From Eledone cirrhosa (taxonomy: Eukaryota): DNA of 64,000 nucleotides. A program made the translations under genes and the position numbers. The notes beneath the pieces were generated by a model. That model did not search any database. It was not told the DNA's origin and was given only the letters and a program-made list of their open reading frames with translations. Below, piece by piece: positions 1 through 11,090 of this stretch; positions within the stretch are counted from its first letter, which is position 1, and every line of letters begins with the position of its first letter. The stretch spans positions 9,796,001 to 9,860,000 of the forward strand of contig OZ024752.1 of NCBI GenBank assembly GCA_964016885.1, read 5' to 3'.

Positions 1-225
1 CATAACGTTTCGGACGATAGTCTTTCATCAGAAGAAAGAATGAGAAATAAGATAGATTGAGGGGACGGGCTGGTTGGAATTGGAAAAAAAAATGTCTTTA
101 GATAAAAATAACAGGTCCATTCATGTTGACATCTCTTGTTCCGAAGAAATTTTTTTTGGCAAAAACAGAAGCAAGCAGGAGAAAGCTCTCAACATTCGTA
201 GTTTGTAGTTACGATGGACGTTCAG
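1..225 (-). mobile_element. Penelope-like pseudo-LTR fragment (family A) with HHR core, cut by the window edge
   Basis: Minus strand reads ttctt-CTGATGA-aagactatcgtcc-GAAA-cgtt at 35..4. Shares sequence with 910-1295 (-) and 3410-3617 (+). Confidence 0.6.
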
Positions 226-240
226 TATATATATATATAT

Positions 241-310
241 ATAACATTAATAATGATGCTGATGTTACCTAAAACGATTTATGTAACATCAGCATCTTTA
301 TTAATGTTAT
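241..310. repeat. Foldback palindrome with 28-bp arms between (TA)n tracts
   Basis: ataacattaataatgatgctgatgttac (241-268) and gtaacatcagcatctttattaatgttat (283-310) are reverse complements with one mismatch. Confidence 0.85.
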
Positions 311-321
311 ATATATATATA

Positions 322-676
322 GATATATCCAGCTAACCTCAGTCTCCTCTGTGCTACTCTCGAGCTGACCCTTGGGAGGCTCCTGTACAGCTCTGAGTTC
401 TTCATCCTCAGTGTATACTGATTAAGGTTCGGCACAATCCTCAGCATTCTCGTGTAGCACCCATCCATCATCTGAGTGAGTTTGTTGGTCAGTGTCCAAA
501 TCTCAGACCCGTACAGCAGCACAGACTCCAATACAGCAACGAAGAGACGGATCTTCAGGTCTTCACGAAGGTCCGACTTCTACACCGATCTCAAACTGTG
601 GCACGCCGCCCAATTCTGCTCGTCCTCTCGATCACATCATTTTCTGTGTTCCCAATCTTTGCTCCCAGATACAGAT
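322..676 (-). mobile_element. RTE-superfamily LINE, inverted 5' part (RT C-terminal region, frameshifted)
   Basis: Reads YLYLGAKIGNTEND...ESVLLYGSEIWTLT...DGCYTRMLR...RRLRLAGYIY, and is homologous to 33240-33580. Confidence 0.85.
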
Positions 677-897
677 ACCGACATCCAGAGTTGACACTAC
701 ACTCAGTGCTCCTGTGGGAGCCCCTGTATGGACGCACTGGAAGAGAAAGACCAAGGCTAACATATGTTGATGCCCTAAGGACAGACACTGGTCTCTTGGA
801 GACGCAGGACATGGCAGTGATAATGAGGGACAGGGACCGCTGGAGAGAACTTGATCATGGATCTCGGGAATTTTACCCGCCCTAGATAGATAGATAT
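676..897 (+). mobile_element. RTE-superfamily LINE 3' end with (ATAG)n tail
   Basis: Reads YRHPELTLHSVLLWEPLYG...TYVDALRTDTG...DRDRWRE, stop at 885, then atagatagata. Homologous to 33590-33790. Confidence 0.85.
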
Positions 898-909
898 ACA
901 CATGTATGT

Positions 910-1290
910 ATCTAAATGGTAAACAGAAATAACAACACAATCGGTACAGTATATGGCAGGAATATATTAGCTTAACACTTGAAATAGCAGGAAGACTGTA
1001 TTAATGTTTCGGACGGCTAGTTCTTGGTCATAAGAAGGAATGAGAAATTAGAAAGATTGAAGAGACGAGCGGGGTGAAACTGAAAGAATTTTTTTTTAGG
1101 ATGAAGGTACTGGGGTAAGAGAGAAATAGGCGGATGAGAAGAAGAAGGTGGAAGTAAGAGAGTATAGTGGAGGAAAGGTGAGAGAGAGTCGAGGTGTATT
1201 TAAATACTTCAAGATGTAAAGACATTATCAGTGATACGAAAAGCTTTCCTGGTGCAAAATCCAACGAATTTGAGAGGTCCACGTAAGCGT

Positions 1291-1295
<5 letters not shown>
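910..1295 (-). mobile_element. Penelope-like pLTR family A copy with degenerate HHR
   Basis: Shares the tail cttcctgctatttcaag...ttatttctgtttacc with 3536-3613. The HHR core is mutated (ttATGACCA...gtccGAAAcatt). Confidence 0.55.
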
Positions 1296-1360
<65 letters not shown>

Positions 1361-1394
1361 ATGTAAAAGGTAAACAGAAATAACAACAAAATCA

Positions 1395-1444
<50 letters not shown>

Positions 1445-1499
1445 GCAATCAGTGTGTATATATATATATATAATATATCGGGATGTATTCAGTTTGAAA

Positions 1500-1652
1500 C
1501 TGGTTAGACCATTACTCAGAAGAATACTCGATACTTGGGGTAGCAGAGTATGTTTATATTATGAAGAGTCGGACCTCGACGGCTGAGCACTTTGCGTTTC
1601 AACAGCTAGTTCCAGCATGAACTAGCTGTTGAAACGACAAGAGTTGAGCCCT
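1500..1652. mobile_element. Diverged copy of the foldback HHR-half element (family F)
   Basis: Hairpin gtttcaacagctagttc-cagcat-gaactagctgttgaaac. Flanks match the gagtc-gga...cgacggctgagc consensus. Confidence 0.55.
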
Positions 1653-2037
1653 CCGGCCCGACGGGTGTGTTTGTGTATATACACACATAAGCCGAAACCA
1701 CTTGGTACCGCGGTCGGGATTTACCTATCTCTATACCTACTCTTACATGATTAGTGATCTCCCGGGATCAGCACCGCAGACTCCCTCCTGCCTTCGCCGA
1801 AATATAGTCAAATTATTAAAACTTATATATAACTCTTTATATACAGACAAAGGGCCGTAACTCTATGCTGCAAAACGTGGATCCGACGCTCTACCGATAC
1901 TGAGAAATGATAAAGAGAGAAAAGAGGTTTCTCCAAAAATGTTATTTTCTCAAAATGAGTCAACACGTGTCTATATGAAGATATATGGTTAAGTTTTAAT
2001 AATTTGAGTATAATTCAGCGAATTGGCAGAGTGGTCA

Positions 2038-2190
2038 GAATGGCGGATAGATGCTTTGTGGTATTCGGTTCGATTCTCTACACTGAGTTCAAATATAGCC
2101 GAGGTCAATTTCGCATTTCATCCATTCAGGATTAAAAAAAAAAAAAAAAAAAAAAAGTAACAGTCTAGTACTGGGGACAATTCTTATTCT
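2038..2190 (+). mobile_element. tRNA-derived SINE, older subfamily, with internal poly(A) expansion
   Basis: A-box-like tggcagagtgg, B-box gagttcaaat, central tttcatcc domain. Confidence 0.7.
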
Positions 2191-2942
2191 GGTAAGTGGT
2201 GACCTGTGGCTCCTTATTGTAGTTAAGACGACAAAATAATGGATCAGTAATATAATAATTACTTAACCTTTGACTACGAAATACTTCAGCAAGCTGGTAT
2301 AGTCACTGACTCCGTCTCTCATTCTCTCCTCGTTTCTCACTATTACAAACAAATAGTTCTCACTATTGCAAGAAAATAGGGTCCCACGCACTGGCAACCC
2401 CGTAACCCCAGCAGAATCTATCTGAATCAGCCTATTCTTTTCAGCATTTCATTTGGTAATCTGGGGTTTGCTTGTGTCAAATTATTTACGATTACCGGCT
2501 TCGGTGAGGAATCGAATCCGGGTTATTCGCGTTAATCTGCCACTGGATAGCCATCACGTGTTTTGGAATAGTTGTTTTTAAAATATTAGTGACTTTTATA
2601 CCACAGCTAATACTGCTTGTGCAACGAGTTTGTTTTCGTCTTTCTAAACAATGTTTAAAATATTTTAAATTTTATAAACGGCAAATATAATGTTTCCGCA
2701 CATGCTGTTTGATTTATTCAATATGTTTTGTTCCTATCATTAGTTACATATATGTATATATTTAATAATACTCATTGATTGGTTAACCCATTCACTAACA
2801 GCAAAACAAAAACAATTGAATATTTTAAAAATTTCATGTTTCACAGTTTCATTATCGTGTCTGCCATTCCCTTTCACCCCCCGCCATGTTTTATATAATA
2901 TACATAATATTTAAACAAATCTATCATTATTATTTAAAACAA

Positions 2943-3360
2943 GGCGGTGGATTGGCAGTATCGGTAGAGGGTCGGACGCCATGCTTTGAGGCATAGAGTT
3001 ATGGTCCTTGCCATTCTGAGTTCAAATCCCGCCGAGGTTTACTTTGCCTTTCATCCTTACGGGGTCGATAAAATAAAGTACCAGTCACGCACTGGGGTCG
3101 ATTTAATCGACTTCCCACTCCGGCAAAATTGCTGTCCTTGTGCCTATATAAGAAACAATTATTATTTCAAACAAGGGCGGTGGATTGGCACTATCGGTAG
3201 AGGGTCGGACGCCATGCTTTGAGGCATAGTTACGTACATTTATGGTATGAGTTCAAATCCCGTCGAGGTTAACATTGCCTTTCATACTTACGGGCTCGAT
3301 AAAATACCAGTAATACACTGATTTAATTGCTGGCCTTGTGCCAAAAGTACAAACAATTAT
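2943..3360 (+). mobile_element. Two head-to-tail copies of tRNA-derived SINE family 1
   Basis: Consensus ggcggtggattggcagtatcggtagag...gagttcaaatccc (B box)...gcctttcatccttacggggtcgataaaataaagtaccag...ggccttgtgcc...agaaacaatt. Confidence 0.9.
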
Positions 3361-3409
3361 TTCAAACATATAAGAAACTAAATATTTATGTAAGTGAAAT
3401 TGTGTGTAC

Positions 3410-3612
3410 GAGTTTTCCAAGCGATGCCAACATGAATGGACCTGTTATTTTTCTGTAAAAACACTTTTTCCAAATTTTCCTAATTTCTCATTCTTTCTTC
3501 TGACGAAAGACTAATGTCCGAAACGTTAAGACAATCTTCCTGCTATTTCAAGAGTTAAACTAATATATTCCTTCCATATACTCTACCGATTGTGTTGTTA
3601 TTTCTGTTTACC

Positions 3613-3617
<5 letters not shown>
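3410..3617 (+). mobile_element. Penelope-like pLTR family A copy
   Basis: Matches 1-225 and 910-1060 in reverse and contains an intact minimal HHR. Confidence 0.65.
3496..3531 (+). ncRNA. Minimal type I hammerhead ribozyme (family A)
   Basis: tctt-CTGACGA-aaGACtaatGTCc-GAAA-cg-TT-aaga: stem I tctt/aaga, 3-bp stem II, palindromic ACGT stem III. Confidence 0.65.
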
Positions 3618-3659
<42 letters not shown>

Positions 3660-3748
3660 GGAACGTTCCTATTACCCACTCTACTACCCTAAGTATTGAG
3701 TACTTTGGTGCGTTATGGTCCATCTGGTTCCTTACCACATTTCCTTCG

Positions 3749-3822
<74 letters not shown>

Positions 3823-4167
3823 AATATAATAAATAAATAGAAGTAGAAAAGCAGAGTGAGAAAGTTCAACTTATAATTGAGATGCAGTGCAGTATAGTTC
3901 CCTGGGAGTTAAGATAATTAAGAGACGAAGCTTATCCAATAGAAAAGACAGCTTTGGTCGTTTCCTCACTCACTCAAGGTTCGTTTTATTAAAATACAAT
4001 CCCAACGGGTTAGAGTGCACACATACGTTGATTAGCGAATGAGATAGCTTAGTGTTGGTAATCTACATATATATGTAACATTTTAAATATAGAAATGGAT
4101 TTTATAGGATTAGAACTGCTTCATTAAAAAGGAATCAAAATATACGAGAGTGTGCGTATATTTACAG

Positions 4168-4222
<55 letters not shown>

Positions 4223-4329
4223 TTTTATAAACACCAAACAAAGAGTGATTAACACACATAATCACTTACGATCGGCACAAGGCCGGAATCATCGGGGTAT
4301 ATAATAAAGGTTGAGACACTAATATATAT

Positions 4330-4533
4330 ATATTGTTATGCTTTGGGAGGGTCATGTTGCCAATAAGAAACACACGCACCAGTTGCTTTCACTTCAATTT
4401 ATTATAAATTAAATTTATAAATTTAAGAATTTATAAATTTCCGGTTGATTTGGTTGGTTCCACAACCAGACAATTGTTCATATATTGTCAAAGTTCTTTC
4501 GTCACACATTCTGTGACCTCTTCATAACAATAT
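4330..4533 (-). mobile_element. Inverted pLTR fragment of the PLE at 14.3-15.3 kb, with HHR lacking C3
   Basis: tattgttatgctttgggagggtcatgtt matches 14301. Minus strand TGAAGA-gGTCACagaatgtGTGAC-GAAA-gaacttt matches 15074-15110. Confidence 0.7.
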
Positions 4534-4601
4534 CTGTTTCAACACACGTTTTCAGATAAAGAATCTTGCTAAACAAATTCCGAAGCGAAATATATATATA
4601 T

Positions 4602-4740
4602 GGGAAAAGAGTCAGGATCTCGACGGCTGAGCTCCAGCCGTTTCGACAGGTACATCCGAACTATCCTAAGTATTGAGTACTCTGGTGCGTTATGGTCCAC
4701 CTGGTTTCTTACCACACTTTCTTTGTTTATATATATATAT

Positions 4741-4784
<44 letters not shown>

Positions 4785-4970
4785 CGAAGGAATTGTGGTA
4801 AGGAACCAGATGGACCATAACGCACCAAAGTACTCAATACTTAGTGTAGTAGATTGGGTATAAGGAAAAAGTATGACCCCGACGGCACAGCTCAAGCCGT
4901 TTCGACGGCTATTTCTGGACTCAGAAATAGCCGTCGAAACGGCTTGAGCTCTGCCGTCGACGTCATACTT

Positions 4971-4974
<4 letters not shown>
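4602..4974. mobile_element. Two family F elements in (TA)n; the second is a ~110-bp foldback
   Basis: Shared body ccctaagtattgagtactctggtgcgttatggtccatctggttccttaccac, also at 3670-3750, 23710-23785 and 24270-24345. Palindrome at 4865-4974. Confidence 0.75.
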
Positions 4975-5040
<66 letters not shown>

Positions 5041-5092
5041 TTATATGTATTTATATGTATATGTATATATATATGTATATATATTTATTAAA

Positions 5093-5326
5093 ATAACAGG
5101 TTAATTATCACGTGACGCCTGAGAAGCCATTCTTATTATCTAGGTCAATATTTGTCTTAGGTGGAGTCAGTTGACATTAGAAGTGTAATACTGGAGAACT
5201 TCAAACATGGCAAGATGGTGATGAGAAATAACTGGAGTGTTGATGGTTGGTGTGGGCAGGAGGGTGTCCCTTCTTACCAAACATTGATTGATCCTCGCAG
5301 ATAGAGGAGGAGAGGTGGAGAGAAAG

Positions 5327-5328
<2 letters not shown>
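5093..5328. repeat. ~235-bp unclassified repeat with an inverted near-identical copy at 11090-11320
   Basis: attatcacgtgacgcctgagaagcc...ggagagaaagatta is the reverse complement of 11090-11315. Confidence 0.85.
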
Positions 5329-5363
<35 letters not shown>

Positions 5364-6929
5364 AGAGTCAGAACTCCGACGGCTGAGCGCCGGCCGTTTC
5401 GACAGCTAGAACCGAACCCATAAATATATATATTAAAATAACAGATTAAAGTTTAAGCAAAAAATCGCTGCTTTCACCCTTAACGGGATCTTCTGAAGAT
5501 CATTGTAATGTAGCCTAGCTTACGGTACGTCTATATTACAGAGATAAATAGTGGACTTCGCCTGTCATAGCTGCACTCTGAATTTGACCTTGTCTTAAAG
5601 AACACTCATATATCAGCATTTAAGTAAAGGTTCACTAGGACGAACCCTCGATAAAATCGGAGACATCTTATCATCATAAGCAAACATGTCCTTCGTAATA
5701 TTTCTAGTGCTAACATTTTGCGGATGTGTATTTTCTCCGATCAGGGTGGAAGCTATTTCTTACAAATAAATTCACCCCATATAAAGTGAAGGGTCCAAAT
5801 TGTTTGAATGTTGCTAAACTCTGTCCTTTCACAAAGCCATTCTGAAGTCACTACATGATGATACACAGCCACATCTCATGTAAAGTTTTGTACCACAGCT
5901 GGTGATATTCTGGGGTTATGAAAATAATTAATAAATATCTAAGATTTCGGATATCAAACATAAATTGTAGGAGAAATTGCTGAAACCCGATTTATGTTGA
6001 AAAGAACATCTGAAGATATTAGAACCGATAGATCATACGTCATTAGTGAAAAGACAGTTGCAGAAAATGAAGAACGTGGGTTGGTCGAATACATCCACTG
6101 ATCTTCAACTATTCATTGATGAAAAGAGATCTAAACTTGCTCAAACAAGCATTTTAACCTCACTTAACAACTGTTGTCCTTTCAGCTCAAAAGATCGATT
6201 CACCTTCAGTAGTTATACTGTAGGTATTATAAAGCGGTGGATAGAACATTTGAGGGACCCCTTTCATAAGCCATCCATAATATCCCAGCACAGTCTCGCA
6301 GTCCTCCAATCATTAATGGAATTCCCTCATATGGGCATTATATATTTCAGCGGTGAATGGCCAGTATCGGTAGTGGGTCGGGCGCCATGCTTTGCAGTAT
6401 AGAGTTGCGGCCCTACAGGGTCGATAAAATAAAGTACCAGTAATACACTAGGGAAATTGCTGGCCTTGTGCCAAAAGTAGAAACAATTCTATACAAAATG
6501 TACTAAGGGGTACTTAACATTTAAAAAAATATATTTCCTGTTCTTGTACAATTTCTGAGCTCAACTAATGTAATATAAAACCATATATTTCATGTAGCCA
6601 GCTTGCCCTAACACTCTTCGTGCATCTTCTTCAATGCCACATCCAAATATATATATCTGTGTGTATGTCTCTGTGTGTCTGTCTGTGTGTATGTCTGTCT
6701 GCGTGTATGTATGTCTGAATGTATGCCTCAGTGTGTATATGTCTATGTATGTCTATGTATGTCTATGTATGTCTATGTATGTTTCTATGTATGTCTGTAT
6801 GTATGTCTCACTATTTCGAGTCTATTGAAATTAGTAAAAGACTATCTACATACACACATATTACATGTACACATGTTTGGCCATAAGTGGGAAGTAGAAG
6901 TGGTAATGGACTGTGGGTCAAGGTCGCGG

Positions 6930-7215
6930 TGGTGTTGGTGCTGCGCCCCTCGGACGTAACCGCAAAAGCATTTCCTCGGACAATGGTCAGCGACAAGCGC
7001 TGCTACAGCCAGCCCACCTCACGGTGATCCTTCCTCAGACAGGCTGCCAACGTTCCGATCTTACAGAAGAGCTCGGCAGTACGGGCTTCGAGTACGCCCG
7101 AGGTCTCGAAGGCGACTGGCGAGTAGAGGAAATATCTGCACAGTCCCCTTATTTTGTCTGTCTTCCTTTCCACTACATTGCGGTCTGCAATACCAGGGTT
7201 TGTGGCCGAAGTGAC
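6930..7215 (-). mobile_element. CRE-like non-LTR retrotransposon 3' fragment (restriction-like endonuclease end)
   Basis: Reads SATNPG...PVAFETSGVL...REVGWL*QRLSLTIVRGNA, the typical CRE-clade C-terminus (AxETxG...QRLSxxIxRGNA). Confidence 0.75.
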
Positions 7216-7284
7216 TAACATGGAGACGGAGAATGCGACACAATATTTCGTTGCATAATACATATTTCCTTTGTAGATACCGCT

Positions 7285-7600
7285 CCATAGAATGGCTTAG
7301 TGGTTAGAGCATGGGGCTCACAATCGTGAGTTCGATTCTCAGACTGGGCTTTGCGTTGTATCCTTGAGCAAGACACTTTATCTCCCGTTGCTCCAGTTCA
7401 CTCTGCTGTAGAAATAACTTGTGATGTCACTGGTGCCAAGCTGTATTCGCCATTGCCTTTCCCTTGGACAACATTAGAGCGTGGAGAGGGCACACTGATT
7501 TGCATGGTCTTCCACAAACAACCTTGTCTGGATTTGCACCTCGGAAGGGAACTTTCTAGGTACAACCCCACGGTCATTCTTGACCGAAGGTGGGATCTTT
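7285..7600 (+). mobile_element. tRNA-derived SINE family 2 (CORE/V-like central domain)
   Basis: tggcttagtggttagagc A box, gagttcgattc B box, tccttgagcaagacacttta domain. Second copy at 9962-10205. Confidence 0.8.
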
Positions 7601-8099
7601 AGACGTTTCATTCCCACCTTCATTGATTGATATTATACGATGTATCAATTTCAACCGTTTCCTTTAACTCGACAATAGATTAGGTAGATAGAGAAACTGG
7701 CGTTAAATGTTGATAAGTGAAAGCAGTAGTCTAGTCGACTCAACAACTATCTATTGCTATCTATATATTGAAATATTCCATTTATAATGAACTACACCTT
7801 TCACCCAAATCGTTGGTTTTCTACTAATTTTCAAATCATTACTATGTAGGAGTCGTTCTATATTTTAATGAATCTATTAAGAAATTCTAACATTTCTTGA
7901 AGGTGTAATATTGTAATTGGTAGCTATTTCATCGGAAACCGAAAACTATAAATTTGTAATCTGTTTCCATATTTATCTTAATTAGATAATTATTTAGTGT
8001 AACTAGGTCTCTCGTGACAGGCTATAGTATTCCATATTTAGAATATCTTATGACTGATTCGTGAATTTTGTAAGGATTATTAATTATTTCTATTTTTCG

Positions 8100-8440
8100 T
8101 ACAAAAGCAGCAATTTGAAGGGGAGGGGAAAGTCGTTTAAATCAACCCCAGGCAGTTTTTCTTTGTGACGCTAAACTCCACCAGTTGCAGACTGTGCATC
8201 AACATGAGTGCAGTACTTGTGCTTAACTTAATCGACCCCCGTAAGGACGAAAGACAAAGCTAACCCCGGCGGGATTTGAACTCAAAACGCTATGGTTTTA
8301 TTATTATTCGATATTCCCATTCTGAGTTCAAATCCCGCCGAGGTTAACTTTGCTTTTCATCCTTACGGGGTCGATAAAATAAAGTACCAGTAATGCACTG
8401 GGTAATTATTGGCCTTGTTCCAAAAGTAGAAACAATTATT
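8100..8440. mobile_element. SINE family 1 fragments (8100-8290 minus, 8320-8440 plus)
   Basis: Match to the family 1 consensus. Confidence 0.8.
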
Positions 8441-8995
8441 ATTCGATATAAGACGCACGAATACATTTATGTATCCGCTATGTTAGAGCGAAAAATCAAA
8501 TTCTAATTTTGTTTTTAATTTCCGGTAAAGTCAGCCATATAATCTCTTTGTTTGCTAATCAGGCTAATCAGCCGATATATACTTTAGAGAATGTTATATA
8601 TTTTCAATAATTCTTATAAGTGATAGAAGAGAGATTCACAATGTTGACAAAGGGCAATAACCTAGAAACAATATTGTCGATTATTTCCTTCTTTCACCGG
8701 TTGAACAAAATAATGGCGATGGTCAACCAAAAAACAAAAGGTAATGAGGTTGTTTGCTTGTAAACGAATCGAAAAACCAAACTCTAGTCTTATTTCTGAA
8801 ACTTTGCGTTTATTTCATCATTACGAATTGCTAAACATTGTAATGCCATTTATTTTAAATTTAGTAGCTTGAGTTTGTAACTCGTACATAGTAATTATTT
8901 GAAGATTAGCATAAAACCAGCGATTTTGGTGAAAGGTGTAGTTCATTATAAATGGAATATTCCAGTAGATAGCAATAGATATCTCTTGTAACTGC

Positions 8996-9068
8996 AGACC
9001 TGCCAACCTCTAAAAATCCAAATGGGAGATATCCCCCCCCCCATCGGACGGGCAGAGTTGGCAGGTCT
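8996..9068. mobile_element. Tiny TIR element, hAT/Tip100-like MITE remnant
   Basis: Perfect 12-bp inverted ends agacctgccaac ... gttggcaggtct. No clear TSD. Confidence 0.5.
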
Positions 9069-9232
9069 ATATTTGGATATTATTTCTTGACTTCAAATCC
9101 CGGCGAGGTTAACTTTGCCTTTCATCCTTACGGGGTCGATAAAATAAAGTACTAGTAATACGCAGGGGTTATTGCTGGCCTTGTGCCAAAAGTAGAAACA
9201 ATTATTTCTCTTCACAAAAGATTGAATTATAT

Positions 9233-9575
9233 CAGAGGCGTGTAACAAGCGGCCCGCCGTCCACAATCCACTCCGCCAGACCAGTCAGAGTGGCCCCCGA
9301 TGACCGTTTTTAATTTTTACCTTGGAGGCTTATTTAGAATTTTTTTCGTAACTGTAATACAATTTTCTGTTAGTTGACCTATACCAAATACCAAGTCTCA
9401 CATTAATAAAACTAAATTATATTTTATTTGTCTTTGTTTTAAAATATATTCACAATATATTTATGATTAAATTCACTGGTTTTCATTAAATTACATATTT
9501 TTGACAGTGACTGGCCCTAATAGTTGTTCCAAAGTTCAAAGGTGGCTCGCCAATGGAATATGTTGCAGAGGCTTG
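9233..9575. mobile_element. Non-autonomous hAT (Charlie-like) DNA transposon
   Basis: 8-bp TSD aattatat at 9225-9232 and 9576-9583, with degenerate TIRs cagaggcgtgtaaca / tgttgcagaggcttg. Confidence 0.7.
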
Positions 9576-9961
9576 AATTATATAACTGGATCGGGATCGG
9601 TTTCGTGTATATATTTATGTGAATATAAAAAGCCGATTATACGCTTGTCCTTATTTAAGATATTTAAGTAGCTGTAGATAACATATTTTAACTAAACTTC
9701 TCGTATCTTGTGGCTGAAGTTAATGGAAAACCATTTTAGTTATTTTCATAGCAGTGAAATTACGAGATCCTAAGCTTTATCACCATCCACATCACATATC
9801 CTCCATCCACGTTCCATCAGTTCTATCTAACTATACCTGACAGAAGTAATTCACACCTAATCGATTAGAGACAAGTAAATGCCTGAAATCCTGGCATTAA
9901 GTATATCTCTCCACATTCTCCATTCAGTCAACATCCATAGCCTCACACGTGTAGGTATTTA

Positions 9962-10205
9962 AAGAGTGGTTAGAGCATTGAGCTTGCTAATGAGGTGCTG
10001 TGAATTCGATTCTCGGACCGAGTGATGCGTTGTGTCCTTGAGCAAGACACTTTATTTCACGTTGCTCCAGGTTACTCAGGTGTAAAAATGAGTCCGACGT
10101 CACTGGCACAACTGTGGCGTGGAGAAGGGAGACTGGTATGTATGGGTGACTGCTGGTCTCCCACAAAACAAACCTCTCCCAGCCGTGTGCCTCGGAAAGA
10201 AACTC
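9962..10205 (+). mobile_element. SINE family 2 copy
   Basis: agtggttagagc...gaattcgattctc...gtgtccttgagcaagacacttta, homologous to 7285-7560. Confidence 0.8.
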
Positions 10206-10207
10206 TT

Positions 10208-10270
10208 CTGAAGATCCCGTTAAGGATGAAAACAGCGATTCTTTACTTAAACTTTAATCTCTTATTTTAA
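10208..10270 (+). ncRNA. Degenerate HHR-like motif (family B); related pieces at 5440-5495 (-) and 10995-11042 (-)
   Basis: CTGAAGA-tcccgttaaggat-GAAA. The 5.5-kb copy has CCC/GGG stem II but CAGAAGA. Stem I is weak. Confidence 0.4.
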
Positions 10271-10488
10271 TATATATATCTATAGTTATTTAATAAACAA
10301 CATAAGATAATTATTTCATTTACCAGTGGTTAACTAATAAGCTCTGTAACCTACACAGAGCACTCTTTTTTTCCTGTACCTTTCCGACGGAATTACTTTA
10401 TATATATATATATATATATGATATAGGATATGTTAATTTAAAACTGCACTATTCACAAGTGTTTTTTAAACTTAATATCATGTCTCCC

Positions 10489-10559
10489 TATTTTATCTGA
10501 CGAAATCGCAAATGTCATCTCATGATGATATTTGTTTTTGAAATGCGCATAATAATATA
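10489..10559 (+). ncRNA. Type I hammerhead ribozyme (family C)
   Basis: ttat-CTGACGA-[gcaaatgtcatc tcat gatgatatttgt, 12-bp stem II]-GAAA-tgcgca-TA-ataa, with palindromic ATGCGCAT stem III. Confidence 0.8.
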
Positions 10560-10587
10560 CATGGAACTCTTTTAACCATCTTTTGAT

Positions 10588-10620
<33 letters not shown>

Positions 10621-10864
10621 GTAGGTCCCGGGTTGAGTCGGTACTCAATACATGGCAGAGTAAACATTTTTTATTTTATAGAAGGAGCTTTCTGAATGAA
10701 ACAGTACTAGTCCTGTAGAAGCTCCTTCTATAAAATAAAAATATATATATATATATATTTCTTTATGGGTTCGGTTCTAGCTATATATATATATATATGG
10801 AAAGAGTCAGGACTCCGACGGCTGAGCGCCGGCCGTTTCGACAGCTAGAACCGAACCCATAAAG

Positions 10865-10924
<60 letters not shown>

Positions 10925-11042
10925 GGAAAGAGTCAGGACTCCGTCGGCTGAGCTCCGGCCGTGCGACAGCTAGAACCGAACCCATAAATATTTATATTAA
11001 AATAACAGATTAAAGTTTAAGCAAAAAAATCGCTGCTTTCAC

Positions 11043-11090
<48 letters not shown>

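Noticed and set aside
2495-2560. tRNA-like segment on the minus strand (B-box gattcgattcc)
   Set aside because: No cloverleaf can be formed; at most a decayed SINE head or tRNA pseudogene.
3860-4080. Possible solo LTR (TGTTAC start and AATAAA on the minus strand)
   Set aside because: No matching CA end, TSD or second copy found.
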